This document shows, in pieces, positions 12,315 through 22,095 of a DNA stretch of 64,000 nucleotides. Each line of letters begins with the position of its first letter. Position 1 is the first letter of the stretch. Origin of the DNA: Chloroflexia bacterium (GTDB taxonomy: Bacteria; Chloroflexota; Chloroflexia; DTKN01); NCBI GenBank assembly GCA_034433695.1, contig DAOUAK010000038.1:2758-66757 (forward strand), read 5' to 3'. Below the pieces are notes generated by a model, which saw nothing but the letters and a program-made list of their open reading frames with translations, was not told the origin of the DNA and searched no databases. The position numbers and the translations under genes are program-made.

Positions 12315-13668
12315 ACGGCTTGCTCTCCTCCTGGCGCTCTTTCTCATGTCTTCCTGTGGCCCGCTGGCTCCGTCTCCGCAGGCGGGAGGTGTCAGGCCGG
12401 CTGGCGTGCCCTCTCAGACGCTTGTTCCCGCACCTACCCCAACGTGGACGCCTGCTCCTACGCAAACCCCCGTCCTCGTTGCCATCGAAGAGGTGATCGA
12501 GGGGGAAATGTGCGGAGCCTTTGACTTCTTCTGGGAACAGGCCAACACCGACCCTGAAAGCCCCGGCTACGGCCTTATCCGAGACCGTTATCCCGGTTCG
12601 GAGGGCATCGCCAGCATCGCCTCGGTCGGTTTCGGCCTCACTGCCTATGTGATTGGGGCGGAAAAGGGCTATGTCACGCGCGAACAGGCCTGCGAACGCG
12701 TGGCCGGCACGCTGGACACCCTCCTGGCCCTCGAGCGCGAACACGGCTTCTACTTCCACTTCCTCGATATGCGAACCGGCAGGCGTGCCTGGCAAAGTGA
12801 GGTCTCCAGCATCGACACCGCCATCCTGTTGATGGGTGTCTTGAGCGCCGGGGAGTACTGCCGCGAGAGCCAGGCCAAGGCCGAAGAAATATACACCGGC
12901 GTGGACTGGCCCTGGTTCGTGGACCCCGATCGGAACATGTTCTACATGGCTTACCGTCCGGAAAAGGGCTTTGAGGGTTATTGGGACTTTTACGCCGAGC
13001 AACTGATGCTCTACGTCCTGGCTGCCGGCTCGCCTACCCATCCGGTTGACCCGGTGGTGTACTATACCTTTACCCGCCACTCGGCCAAATACGGGGAGGG
13101 GCAGCCCTTTATTCACTCCTGGTTCGGCTCGATCTTTACCTACCAGTACAGCCATGCCTGGATCGACTTCCGTGGTCTCACCGACCGTCGGGGCGTGAAC
13201 TGGTTCGACAACTCGGTCGAGGCCTCCCTGGCGCATTACCGCTTCGCCGTGGCGATGGACGAAAAGTACCTGACGCTGGGTCCGCAGGCCTGGGGGTTGA
13301 CCGCCTGCGACAGCCCCCACGGGTACGAGGGACGTTACGGTGCACCCCCCTCCGGCTACGACTACAGACAGCACCTGGTGGATGATACGATTGCCCCCGC
13401 CGGAGCCATCGGCTCCATCCTCTTCCTGCCGGAAGAGGCCAAACAGGCCATGGCCTACTATTACTCCTTGGAAAAACTCCGGGGGCCGTACGGCTTTCAG
13501 GATGCCTTTAACCTGACCGAGAACTGGTTCTCCAGCGATGTCATCGGCATCGACAAGGGCATCTCCCTCTTGATGCTGGCGAATTATCAAAACGACCTGG
13601 TCTACGCCGTTACGATGAAGAATGTGCACATCCAGAATGGACTGGAAAGGCTGGGAATCACGAGATGA
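12307..13668 (+). CDS. Glucoamylase-like (alpha/alpha)6 glycoside hydrolase lipoprotein, GH144/DUF3131-like (putative endo-beta-1,2-glucanase-type)
   Basis: GTG start overlapping the permease stop. Lipoprotein signal LLLALFLMSSCG. Motif FFWEQANTDPESPGYGLIRDRYPG...SVGFGLTAY is shared with the paralog at 14654. Confidence 0.5.
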   Translation: MNRRLALLLALFLMSSCGPLAPSPQAGGVRPAGVPSQTLVPAPTPTWTPAPTQTPVLVAIEEVIEGEMCGAFDFFWEQANTDPESPGYGLIRDRYPGSEGIASIASVGFGLTAYVIGAEKGYVTREQACERVAGTLDTLLALEREHGFYFHFLDMRTGRRAWQSEVSSIDTAILLMGVLSAGEYCRESQAKAEEIYTGVDWPWFVDPDRNMFYMAYRPEKGFEGYWDFYAEQLMLYVLAAGSPTHPVDPVVYYTFTRHSAKYGEGQPFIHSWFGSIFTYQYSHAWIDFRGLTDRRGVNWFDNSVEASLAHYRFAVAMDEKYLTLGPQAWGLTACDSPHGYEGRYGAPPSGYDYRQHLVDDTIAPAGAIGSILFLPEEAKQAMAYYYSLEKLRGPYGFQDAFNLTENWFSSDVIGIDKGISLLMLANYQNDLVYAVTMKNVHIQNGLERLGITR

Positions 13669-14657
13669 TCACCATCAAAGACGTTGCCCAACGTGCCGGG
13701 GTCAGCATCACCACCGTTTCTTATGTGCTTAACGGCAAGGGGAACATCAGCGAAGCCACACGCCGGGCGGTTCTGGCTGCGGCGGAGGAACTCAACTACC
13801 ATCCTAACGCCCATGCCCGCCACCTGAAGAAGCGGAGAACGCGCACCATCGGTGCCTTTGTCGGCTCTCTGGGTGGCCTGTTCTACGAGGAGATTCTGGA
13901 AGGCGTCCACGCCGCAATCTTGCAAACGGACTATGAACTCATCGTCGTCCCGGAGACACATGCTCCCAGCCGTATTCTCTGCAACCGCCAGGTGGATGCC
14001 GCCATTGTCTTCGACGTCAAGATTCCGGACGATCTGCTGGTCAGCCTGGCCTGGAAACGCTTCCCCATCGTTACCTTCGACCGCTACCTGGAAGCCGAAT
14101 ACGTCTTTCCTCTCCTCGTCGATAACCCTAGCGGTACACGCGAGGTGTTCTACCACCTCTACAACCAGGGAGTCCGGCACTTGGCCTTTGTGGCCGGCGC
14201 TCCCGATTCGTTCGACAATGCCGAGCGCAAGGAAACCTTTCTCGGCGAAGCCGAAAAGCGTGGCCTCAGCGTCCGTTGCTATCAAGGGAACTTTACCGAG
14301 ACCTCCGGCTACCAGATTGCCCGGGAAATTATCGCTTCCCGAGACCTTCCCGAAGCAGTTTTCTGCGCCAACGATCAGATGGCAATCGGCTTCCTGAAGG
14401 CCATGCACGAACACGGCCTGCGCGCCCCCCAGGATATCGCTCTGGTCGGCTTCGACGACATCCCGGTCGCCTGCTACCTGCAACCGCCGCTTTCCACCGT
14501 CCACGTCTCGCGCACGGAATGGGGCCGACAGGCGGTGGTTCGGCTGATCGACTTTCTGGAGCACGATATCTCCTTTCCCCGAGAGCGAATTCCGGTTCGC
14601 TTCGTTGCCCGCGAATCTTCGCTGATCTCACCGCAGTTCCCACGGCCATTGCCATGA
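13665..14657 (+). CDS. LacI-family transcriptional regulator
   Basis: N-terminal HTH MITIKDVAQRAGVSITTVSYVLNG plus a periplasmic-binding-protein-like sugar-binding domain. ATGA overlaps on both sides. Confidence 0.9.
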   Translation: MITIKDVAQRAGVSITTVSYVLNGKGNISEATRRAVLAAAEELNYHPNAHARHLKKRRTRTIGAFVGSLGGLFYEEILEGVHAAILQTDYELIVVPETHAPSRILCNRQVDAAIVFDVKIPDDLLVSLAWKRFPIVTFDRYLEAEYVFPLLVDNPSGTREVFYHLYNQGVRHLAFVAGAPDSFDNAERKETFLGEAEKRGLSVRCYQGNFTETSGYQIAREIIASRDLPEAVFCANDQMAIGFLKAMHEHGLRAPQDIALVGFDDIPVACYLQPPLSTVHVSRTEWGRQAVVRLIDFLEHDISFPRERIPVRFVARESSLISPQFPRPLP

Positions 14658-15946
14658 AAGCAGATACCCTCCTGGCCGAAGAAATTCGGGGGGCGGTCCG
14701 GTTCTTCCTGGAGCATACCAATCTTCACCCGGAAAGCCCCGGCTTTGGCCTGACCGTGGATTCGACCAAGCGGCCGGCCAGGGCTTCCATCGCTTCGACC
14801 GGCTTTGCCCTGACCGCCTGGGTGATCGCGGCCGAACGGGGCCTTATCCCGCAACAAGAGGCCCGCCGAATCGTCCACGGCACGCTCCACACCCTGTTCC
14901 ACCATGCCGACCAGCACCGCGGCTTCTTTGCCCACTTTTTGCACATCGACAGCGCCGGCCGCTTCGGCAAAAGCGAGTACAGCACCATCGACACCGCCCT
15001 CTGCCTGAACGGCGTCATCACCGCAGCCGCATACTTTCACCACGATGCGACCATCGCCGAACTGGCCGCAGGCATCCTCGATCGCGTGGACTGGGATTTC
15101 ATCGTCTTTGAGCGAGATCGAGAGGCCCTCTTCCGTATGGCCTACAACCCTGACCCGGACGGCGATTACGTCAGCGGGCAACCGGGCTTCATCGGCCAGT
15201 GGGATATGGCCGCCGAGCAGAAGATGATGTACCTCCAGGCCTCCCTGCACCTCGAGGCCGGCCTCGCCCGCCGGCTCTACCGGGGCTTTCGCCGCGACAT
15301 CGGCTACCACGAAGGCCGGCCGATCATCATCAACCCCGGCGGCAGCCTCTTTGCCTACCTGTTCAGCGAGGCCTGGCTGGATACCGCCCGCTACCTCGAT
15401 CCCGACGGCGTGGACTGGTTCGAGAACACCCGCCGCGCGGCCCTGGCCAACCGGGCTTTCTGCATCGAGAACTCGACGTGCTTCCGGACTTATCACGCCC
15501 GCAGTTGGGGATTGAGCGCCGGGGATAGCCCGCACGGCTACGACGTCTTTGGCGCCCCTCCCTGCCTGGGCGAACCCTATCACGATGGAACGGTCTCCAT
15601 CTATGCGGCCGTCGCTTGCCTGCCCTTCCTGCCCGAGGAGATCCTGGAAATGATGACCTACCTCCACCGCCATCAGCCGCGCACCTGGGGCCGGTACGGC
15701 TTCTTCGACGCCTACAACCTGGATGTCTCGCCTCCCTGGTACAGCCGGGCCGTTTATGCCATCGACAAGGGCTGCTCGATGATCATGACCGAAAACTATC
15801 TCAGCGGCCTGGTGTGGAGTGTTTACACAAGCAGTCCTTATATCCGCCAGGCTCTCCATACCCTGGGCTTCACCGAACGGGCCGGCCGGCTCCTATCAGG
15901 GCAAAACTCTGGAACAGCATCTCCCGCAGACGGATCGATTCCCTAG
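14654..15946 (+). CDS. Glucoamylase-like (alpha/alpha)6 glycoside hydrolase, GH144/DUF3131-like paralog (no signal peptide)
   Basis: Motif FFLEHTNLHPESPGFGLTVD...STGFALTAWVIAAERG is paralogous to 12307..13668. ATGA overlap with the lacI stop. The 14276 ORF extension is a frame artefact. Confidence 0.5.
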   Translation: MKADTLLAEEIRGAVRFFLEHTNLHPESPGFGLTVDSTKRPARASIASTGFALTAWVIAAERGLIPQQEARRIVHGTLHTLFHHADQHRGFFAHFLHIDSAGRFGKSEYSTIDTALCLNGVITAAAYFHHDATIAELAAGILDRVDWDFIVFERDREALFRMAYNPDPDGDYVSGQPGFIGQWDMAAEQKMMYLQASLHLEAGLARRLYRGFRRDIGYHEGRPIIINPGGSLFAYLFSEAWLDTARYLDPDGVDWFENTRRAALANRAFCIENSTCFRTYHARSWGLSAGDSPHGYDVFGAPPCLGEPYHDGTVSIYAAVACLPFLPEEILEMMTYLHRHQPRTWGRYGFFDAYNLDVSPPWYSRAVYAIDKGCSMIMTENYLSGLVWSVYTSSPYIRQALHTLGFTERAGRLLSGQNSGTASPADGSIP

Positions 15947-15958
15947 AAGGAGGATGCC

Positions 15959-18265
15959 GTGAACCTGACCTTCCGTAAGGGCCTCTTCTGGCTGGATGAC
16001 CGCCCGCTCATACTCCAGGCCGGCGAATTCCATTACTTCCGCACTCCCCCCGACCGGTGGGAGCATCGCCTCGGCCTGCTCAAAGCGGCCGGCTTCAACG
16101 CCGTTGCCTCCTATATCCCCTGGCGCTGGCACGAGCCTGAGGAGGGGCATTTCGACCTGGACGGCCACAGCCACCCGATGCGCAACCTGGCCGGCTTTCT
16201 CGACCTGGCTGCCGAGATGGGCCTTTTCATCATTGCCCGCCCCGGCCCCTACATCATGGCCGAGACGATCAACGAGGGCATCCCCGATTGGGTCTTTTCC
16301 CACTATCCACAGGTCGCTTTCATCGACCAGCACGGCCGGCCGCAGAACATCGTCAGTTACCTGCACCCCGATTTCCCGACCTGCGCCGCCCGCTGGTTGC
16401 GCGCCGTCTTCGGCGTGCTCGCGCCGCGCCAGGTCACACGCGGTGGGCGTATCGTGCTCGTGCAATTGGATAACGAGATGGGCATGATGCACTGGGTACG
16501 TAACATCCTGGACATCCACCCCGATACCCTGGAGCGTTTCGCGACCTGGCTCCGGCAGACCTACGGCGAACAGTTGGCGGAGCGTTACCCGACGACGAAT
16601 CTGGTTTCCTTCCTGCGCCAGGGCATCACCCAGGCGCGGAGTCCCCATGCCGCCCGCACGGTGGAGGATTACCGCCGCTTCTTCCGTGGCTACCTGCGTG
16701 AGTATGCCGCCTTTCTGCTGAACGAAGCGCAGAAAAACGGCCTGGAAGTGCCGCCGGTGATCAACGTCCACGGCTTTGCGAACGGCGGCAAGACCTTTCC
16801 CATCGGGCTTTCCCAACTGGTCGAGGTGATGGAACTGCCCGGCGTGCTCACCGCCACCGATGTCTATCCCGGCTTCATCGGCGAGGGCAACTATCATGAA
16901 CTGCTGCTGGTCAACGAGATGACGCGCGCCCTCCAGAACCCACAGCAACCGCTCTTTTCCATCGAGTTCCAGGCCGGCGGCAACCAGGACTTTGGCGGGG
17001 CGCAGACTTCCTTCTTCGATCTGCATACCCGTCTGAGCCTCTCCGTGGGGATGCGCGCCATCAACCACTACCTCTTCTTCGATGGGGAGAACGACCCCCT
17101 GCTCAGCCCGGTGCGGCGCCACGATTGGGGACACCCCGTGCGCAAAGACGGCAGCCTGCGCCGCCACTACCACCGCTACCCCCAACTTTCCCAGACTCTG
17201 GCGGCCTATGGGGAGGCCCTTGCCCTCGCCCGCCCGCAGACCGTCACCGCCGTCGGCTTCCGGCTGGACGACTTTTCGACCGAGGTCAACACGCCCGCCA
17301 CCGAAGAGGCCACCCGAATTATCACCCACCAGCGCGAGGTGATCCTCTTCGACTTTATCGCCCGTGGTCTGGCGCTGACCCACCGGCCGTTCCGCGCCCT
17401 GGAACTGGGCCGCGCCGCGCTCGATGTACGGGAAACTCCCACCCTCTGGGTGATGAGCGAGCGGCGCTGTGAGGCCGCGATCCAGCGGAAGTTGGTCGAT
17501 TACGTCCGCTCCGGTGGCCGCCTGGCCCTCATCGGCCGGCTGTGTCTGGAGGATGGAGACGGCCGGCCCTGTACATTGTTGCGCGACGCCCTCGGCCTGA
17601 CGGCCGTCCAGAGCGACCCGCCCTTTACCCCCAGCCACATCGACGCCTTTGGCTACACCGACATACCCGTCTCGTTTGTGGAAACCTACCGCGGCGTGTT
17701 CGACCGGGTCATCGCCACCCGGCATGGCGAGACGGTGGGCTTTGTCAGGGCGCTGGGCAAGGGGCAAGTCCTTGTCCTTGGGGCAGCGCTCGAGGCCAAT
17801 ACCCTGGAAGACCTCGACCTCCTGCACCGGATGGCGCTGGAAATAGGCTGCCCCCCCGCCTTCACCCTGAGCGAGTGGGCCGACGTGCGCCTGAGCCGGG
17901 GCGAAAAGGGCGGTTTTCTTTTCATCAACAACTACCAGGATGACCCGATCGAGACCTGCATCGCCTGGCAGGGACAACCCCTCTTTGGCGGGAACGCCAT
18001 CTATCTCCCGGCCCGCCAGGGCGCCATCCTGCCGCTGGACTGGCAGGTAGCCGAAGGGGTTACCCTGCACTATGTCACAGCGGAGGTACGCCGTGTGGAA
18101 CGCCGGCCGGAGTCGCTCATTCTGGGACTGGCCCAGGACGCTTTCGCGGCCGAGTTGAGCCTGAGTGGCTGGGAATGTCCAGAGGCGCAACGCGTATCGG
18201 AGTCTGTCCCTCCCCGTCTGTTCCTGCGGGGGAGGGATGGGCAAATCGTTCTGTACAGACAATGA
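15959..18265 (+). CDS. Glycoside hydrolase family 35 beta-galactosidase-like enzyme
   Basis: GH35 motifs YIPWRWHEPEEGHFDL, RPGPYIMAE, GIPDW and VLVQLDNEMG (compare human GLB1). GTG start with GAAGGAGG RBS. Confidence 0.8.
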   Translation: MNLTFRKGLFWLDDRPLILQAGEFHYFRTPPDRWEHRLGLLKAAGFNAVASYIPWRWHEPEEGHFDLDGHSHPMRNLAGFLDLAAEMGLFIIARPGPYIMAETINEGIPDWVFSHYPQVAFIDQHGRPQNIVSYLHPDFPTCAARWLRAVFGVLAPRQVTRGGRIVLVQLDNEMGMMHWVRNILDIHPDTLERFATWLRQTYGEQLAERYPTTNLVSFLRQGITQARSPHAARTVEDYRRFFRGYLREYAAFLLNEAQKNGLEVPPVINVHGFANGGKTFPIGLSQLVEVMELPGVLTATDVYPGFIGEGNYHELLLVNEMTRALQNPQQPLFSIEFQAGGNQDFGGAQTSFFDLHTRLSLSVGMRAINHYLFFDGENDPLLSPVRRHDWGHPVRKDGSLRRHYHRYPQLSQTLAAYGEALALARPQTVTAVGFRLDDFSTEVNTPATEEATRIITHQREVILFDFIARGLALTHRPFRALELGRAALDVRETPTLWVMSERRCEAAIQRKLVDYVRSGGRLALIGRLCLEDGDGRPCTLLRDALGLTAVQSDPPFTPSHIDAFGYTDIPVSFVETYRGVFDRVIATRHGETVGFVRALGKGQVLVLGAALEANTLEDLDLLHRMALEIGCPPAFTLSEWADVRLSRGEKGGFLFINNYQDDPIETCIAWQGQPLFGGNAIYLPARQGAILPLDWQVAEGVTLHYVTAEVRRVERRPESLILGLAQDAFAAELSLSGWECPEAQRVSESVPPRLFLRGRDGQIVLYRQ

Positions 18266-18311
18266 AACGGTGACTCTCTAGCAATGGCATAGGCCCATCA
18301 AGGAGCACACA

Positions 18312-20420
18312 ATGGACGACACCGCGTCTTTCGTCGAGAACCTTCTGGCCCAAATGACCCTCGAAGAAAAGATCGGGCAACTCCACCAGATCCACCTTGA
18401 CGACGATTTCGACCCGGACATGCTACGCCAGGGGCACGTCAGTTCGGTCCTCAACTTGCCTGACACGCTGGCCGGCTACGACCGGAGCGATTCCGGCAGA
18501 GCGGAAGCCGTCAACTACCTGCAGCGGCTGGCGCTGGAAGCCCCCCTCAAGATCCCGCTGCTCGTTGGACGGGATGTGATCCACGGTTTTCGCACCGTCT
18601 TTCCCATCCCGCTGGCCCAGGCCGCCGCGTTCGACCCCGAACTGGCCCGACAGGCCGCCGAGGTCGCCGCCCGCGAGGCCACCGCTTGCGGCATCAAGTG
18701 GACCTTTGCCCCCATGCTCGATATCGCCCGCGACCCGCGCTGGGGACGCATCGCCGAGGGTAACGGTGAAGACCCGGTGCTGGGGGCACGCATGGCCGAG
18801 GCCGTCGTCCGCGGCCTGCAGGGCGAGGATATGTCCCGTCCCGAGAAAATGGTCGCCTGCGCCAAGCACTTTGCCGGGTACGGGGCTGCCGAGGGTGGGC
18901 GGGACTATGAAAACGGCGAAATCTCCGACCCTACCTTGCGGGATATCTACTTGCCTCCCTTTGAGAGCGCCGTGCGCGCCGGGGTCGGGACGGTGATGTC
19001 CGCTTTTATTGACCTGAATGGGATGCCCGCCACCGCGAGTCGCTACCTTCTGACCGACATCCTGCGCGGCGAGTGGGGCTTCGACGGCTTTGTCGTCTCC
19101 GACTGGGAAGCGATCCGCGAACTCGTTGAGCATGGGGTGGCGGAGGACCGGGCCCATGCCGGCCGCCTGGCCCTCCATGCCGGCGTGGATATGGACATGG
19201 TCAGCGGCATCTACCTGGAAACGCTGGCCGAGGGCGTCCGTAACGGGACTGTTCCGATCGAAGAAGTGGACGAAGCCCTGCGCCGCATCCTGCGCATCAA
19301 AAAGCGCGCCGGCCTGTTTGAAAGCCCCTTCACCGATCCCGCCCGAGCCGCCCGGGATTTGCTCACTCCAGATGCGCGCCTGCTTGCCCGGAGGTTCGCC
19401 CGCCAGAGCATGGTACTGCTCAAGAACGAAGGGGGACTGCTCCCGCTGCAGGGCTTTCGCCGCATCCTGGCGGCCGGCCCCTTTGTGCACGCCCAAAGCG
19501 AGTTGTTCGGCACCTGGACGTTCGACGGGCGTGCCGAGGATGTCACCCCGGTCGATCAGGCCCTGCGCCAGACTGCCCCGAAAGATGTGGAACTGTGGTT
19601 CGCCGACTCGGCGGACCTGGCGCTGCGTATGGCATCAGCAGTGGACGCCGTGATCCTGCTGATGGGCGAGCACCCGGTGCGCTCCGGCGAGAACTCCAGC
19701 GTCAGCGATCTGGGTTTGCCACCCGGTCAGGCCGAGTTCATCGCCGCCATCGCCGCCTTGGGCAAGCCGGTGGTGCTGGTCGTCTTTGCCGGGCGCCCAC
19801 TGGCCATGACCCGGCAGGTGGAGCAGGTGCAGGCCGTGCTCTATGCCTGGCATCCGGGGATAGAAGGGGGCATGGCCCTGGGAGAAATCCTCTTCGGCCT
19901 GGAGGCCCCCGGCGGGCGGCTACCGGTGACTTTTCCCCGGGCTACGGGTCAGGTTCCCATCTATTACAATCACAAGAACTCCGGCCGGCCGATCGGTTCA
20001 AACGGGTACTTTACCCGCTACAGCGACCTGCCGTCCTCGCCGCTCTTTCCCTTCGGTTACGGCCTGACCTACACCACCTTTGCGTATGCCAACCTGCGCC
20101 TGAGCAGCGATGTGCTGCGCGGCCATGTGGAGATCAGCGTCGAGGTCACCAACACGGGCCCGCGCCCCGGCCGTGAGGTGGTCCAGTTGTACGTGCGCGA
20201 TCTGGTCGGTTCGCTTACCCGCCCGGTGCGCGAACTCAAGGATTTCCAGAGCGTCGAACTGGACCCCGGCAAAACCACCCGCGTCACCTTTTCCCTGAGC
20301 GAAGACCAACTGGCTTTCACCGGCGCCAGCGGCCGGCGGGGCGTCGAACCCGGAACCTTCCACATCTGGGTCGCTCCTCACAGCCAGGGTGGGTTGCAGG
20401 GAACGATAACGATACCTTAA
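18312..20420 (+). CDS. Glycoside hydrolase family 3 beta-glucosidase (BglX-like) with C-terminal FnIII-like domain
   Basis: GH3 N-terminal signature GRDVIHGFRTVFPIPLAQAAAFD and catalytic region FVVSDWEAI. AAGGAG RBS. Confidence 0.85.
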   Translation: MDDTASFVENLLAQMTLEEKIGQLHQIHLDDDFDPDMLRQGHVSSVLNLPDTLAGYDRSDSGRAEAVNYLQRLALEAPLKIPLLVGRDVIHGFRTVFPIPLAQAAAFDPELARQAAEVAAREATACGIKWTFAPMLDIARDPRWGRIAEGNGEDPVLGARMAEAVVRGLQGEDMSRPEKMVACAKHFAGYGAAEGGRDYENGEISDPTLRDIYLPPFESAVRAGVGTVMSAFIDLNGMPATASRYLLTDILRGEWGFDGFVVSDWEAIRELVEHGVAEDRAHAGRLALHAGVDMDMVSGIYLETLAEGVRNGTVPIEEVDEALRRILRIKKRAGLFESPFTDPARAARDLLTPDARLLARRFARQSMVLLKNEGGLLPLQGFRRILAAGPFVHAQSELFGTWTFDGRAEDVTPVDQALRQTAPKDVELWFADSADLALRMASAVDAVILLMGEHPVRSGENSSVSDLGLPPGQAEFIAAIAALGKPVVLVVFAGRPLAMTRQVEQVQAVLYAWHPGIEGGMALGEILFGLEAPGGRLPVTFPRATGQVPIYYNHKNSGRPIGSNGYFTRYSDLPSSPLFPFGYGLTYTTFAYANLRLSSDVLRGHVEISVEVTNTGPRPGREVVQLYVRDLVGSLTRPVRELKDFQSVELDPGKTTRVTFSLSEDQLAFTGASGRRGVEPGTFHIWVAPHSQGGLQGTITIP

Positions 20421-20621
20421 GAATCGGGCGGCGACCCAGGGGACACCTCTCGCTCCACCGCCAATAAGTCGGTGTGGAGACGGAGCGGCGCACACGGCGA
20501 CCCACCCCTGACGGTTTCGTTGGTGCCAACGACGCGCACTCCTCCCTCACCTTCCTTTGGGACGGGCTGGCAGACACCGGCTGCTGTACAAAGGGTCTCC
20601 TCCGGAGCCGGGGGAAAATGG

Positions 20622-20657
20622 GGGGGGCGGATGTCGGCCGGCCGACACCCGCCCCCC
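20622..20657. terminator. Near-perfect GC-rich palindromic hairpin between convergent genes (bidirectional terminator candidate)
   Basis: GGGGGGCGGATGTCGGCC|GGCCGACACCCGCCCCCC is a ~18-bp stem with one mismatch. Flanked by GTTTCG on the + side and TTTT on the - side. Confidence 0.5.
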
Positions 20658-20682
20658 GTTTCGCTGGGGCGGCAGCGCATCC

Positions 20683-22083
20683 CTACAGCTTCACCACCAC
20701 CATACCCCCTGCCGAACGACCCCAGAGTTCGGGCCGGTACATCGGATAGGCCTCGGCCGGCAGGGCGTGGAAGGTGCCGGCCGTCGTCGCCCGCGCCAGG
20801 TAGGTGAAAGTGTGCGGACCGGGGTCGAGTTCGTTGAAGAAGAGCGCCACGGCGTCATCGTACACATCCTTGCGGCTATAGAGGTAGTGGCCGGCCCCCT
20901 CATAAGCCCGGGCGGCGTAACTCGTGGTCGCCAAGCGCTCGTTCAGCCCTTCCAGCCCGGCCGGGAGGGGGTCGTAGAGGATGACGTAGTAGGCCATCTC
21001 CGGGAAGTTCACCGTCAGATGCACCTCCACCAGGTCGCCCACCCGGAGCGGCCCCTCGATCGGCTTCCCGCCGGGCCGGGTGTACGTCCGCTCCACCCGA
21101 ACCCGGCCGGCCGGCCGGATCTCTTCCTCCACGCTATAGAGGCGCAGGACCACGGTGTAGTATAGCCGGCCGTTCCCGCCGTGGAGCAACCGTACCTCGT
21201 TTTCCCCGATCCGGAGGGCCGTGGCGGGCAATACCACCCTCGCCCCCTGTTCTACCTGGGTAAAGGCTCCCTCGGCCACCGTCTGCCCGTTCACATCCAC
21301 CCGGTAGTTCTGCTGGTCCATCTGCATCTGCACGCTCAGCACATAGTCCGATAGCGCCAGCAGGGCATAGGAGGTTTCCTGGGTGGTGTTCCAGGCGTGG
21401 CCCCGACGCTGCCCCATCAGCCAGCGCACGACCTTGGGAATCAGAGGATGGTCCGGGCGGATGTGCACCAGTGCATCCAGGGCCAGTGCCGTCGAGCGTA
21501 CCGAAGAGGACATGGTCTTCTCCCTGTAGTGGCCGTCCTCGATTCCGGTATCCCAGTAGGCCAGGTCGTCCTTCACCACGGCCTTTTCCGCCAACCTGTC
21601 CACCAGCAGGCCGGCCGTGGCATCGTCTCCGGCGGTGTAGAGGGTCAGGGCCAGCGCGGCCTGGCTAAAGGGGTCAAAGTCCTTCACCTCGCCGTTCAGC
21701 ACCCGGGAAGCCAGTACCTGGGCCCGGCCCGGCTCCACGTGGCCGGCCGTAGCCAGAGCAAAGAGGGCATAGGCCTGGGTGCGGACATCCATCGTGTCCA
21801 GATGTTGGCGCAGGTATTCGGCCCCACGGGCGATCACGCCGTCGTCAATCTCAAAGCCGGCCTGTTCGGTCATCGCCAGACCGAAGAGGATGTAGGCCGT
21901 CTGGTAATCGTGGGAAGGATCGTCGAACCACCAGCCCCAGCCGCCGTCCTCGTGCTGGAAGCCGTAGAGTTTCTGCCGGCCGACGTCCACCATCTTGGGC
22001 AGGTCCGCCTCCAGGCGCTCGTTGCGTACCCCCAGGATCCGGAAAGCCCGACCGATGATCGCATTGGGGAGCACACGGCTCAT
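20683..22083 (-). CDS. Alpha-2-macroglobulin family protein, C-terminal part (thioester-domain alpha/alpha toroid plus receptor-binding-like domain)
   Basis: Terpenoid-cyclase-like repeats (GWGWWFDDPSHDYQTAYILFGLA). Begins TEQTMSRV 4 codons after an in-frame TGA that ends the upstream A2M ORF. Confidence 0.7.
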   Translation of the reverse strand: MSRVLPNAIIGRAFRILGVRNERLEADLPKMVDVGRQKLYGFQHEDGGWGWWFDDPSHDYQTAYILFGLAMTEQAGFEIDDGVIARGAEYLRQHLDTMDVRTQAYALFALATAGHVEPGRAQVLASRVLNGEVKDFDPFSQAALALTLYTAGDDATAGLLVDRLAEKAVVKDDLAYWDTGIEDGHYREKTMSSSVRSTALALDALVHIRPDHPLIPKVVRWLMGQRRGHAWNTTQETSYALLALSDYVLSVQMQMDQQNYRVDVNGQTVAEGAFTQVEQGARVVLPATALRIGENEVRLLHGGNGRLYYTVVLRLYSVEEEIRPAGRVRVERTYTRPGGKPIEGPLRVGDLVEVHLTVNFPEMAYYVILYDPLPAGLEGLNERLATTSYAARAYEGAGHYLYSRKDVYDDAVALFFNELDPGPHTFTYLARATTAGTFHALPAEAYPMYRPELWGRSAGGMVVVKL

Positions 22084-22095
22084 CGTCTGTTCCGT

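Noticed and set aside
14276-14653. 5' extension of the second glucoamylase-like ORF overlapping lacI
   Set aside because: It is out of frame with lacI and Arg/Pro-rich. The conserved paralog alignment begins at MKADTLL (14654), with an ATGA overlap to the lacI stop.
15896-18262. 788-aa minus-strand ORF antisense to the GH35 gene. Similar cases: 22495..25557 (+, 1020 aa) opposite A2M, 14474..15859 (-), 18423..19496 (-), 12301..13629 (-), 8402..9205 (-), 9284..10345 (-), 51085..51978 (-) and 59239..60354 (+).
   Set aside because: Long stop-free antisense frames are expected at ~66% GC. The translations are Arg/Gly/Pro-rich low-complexity with no motifs, while the opposite strands carry clearly recognisable proteins.
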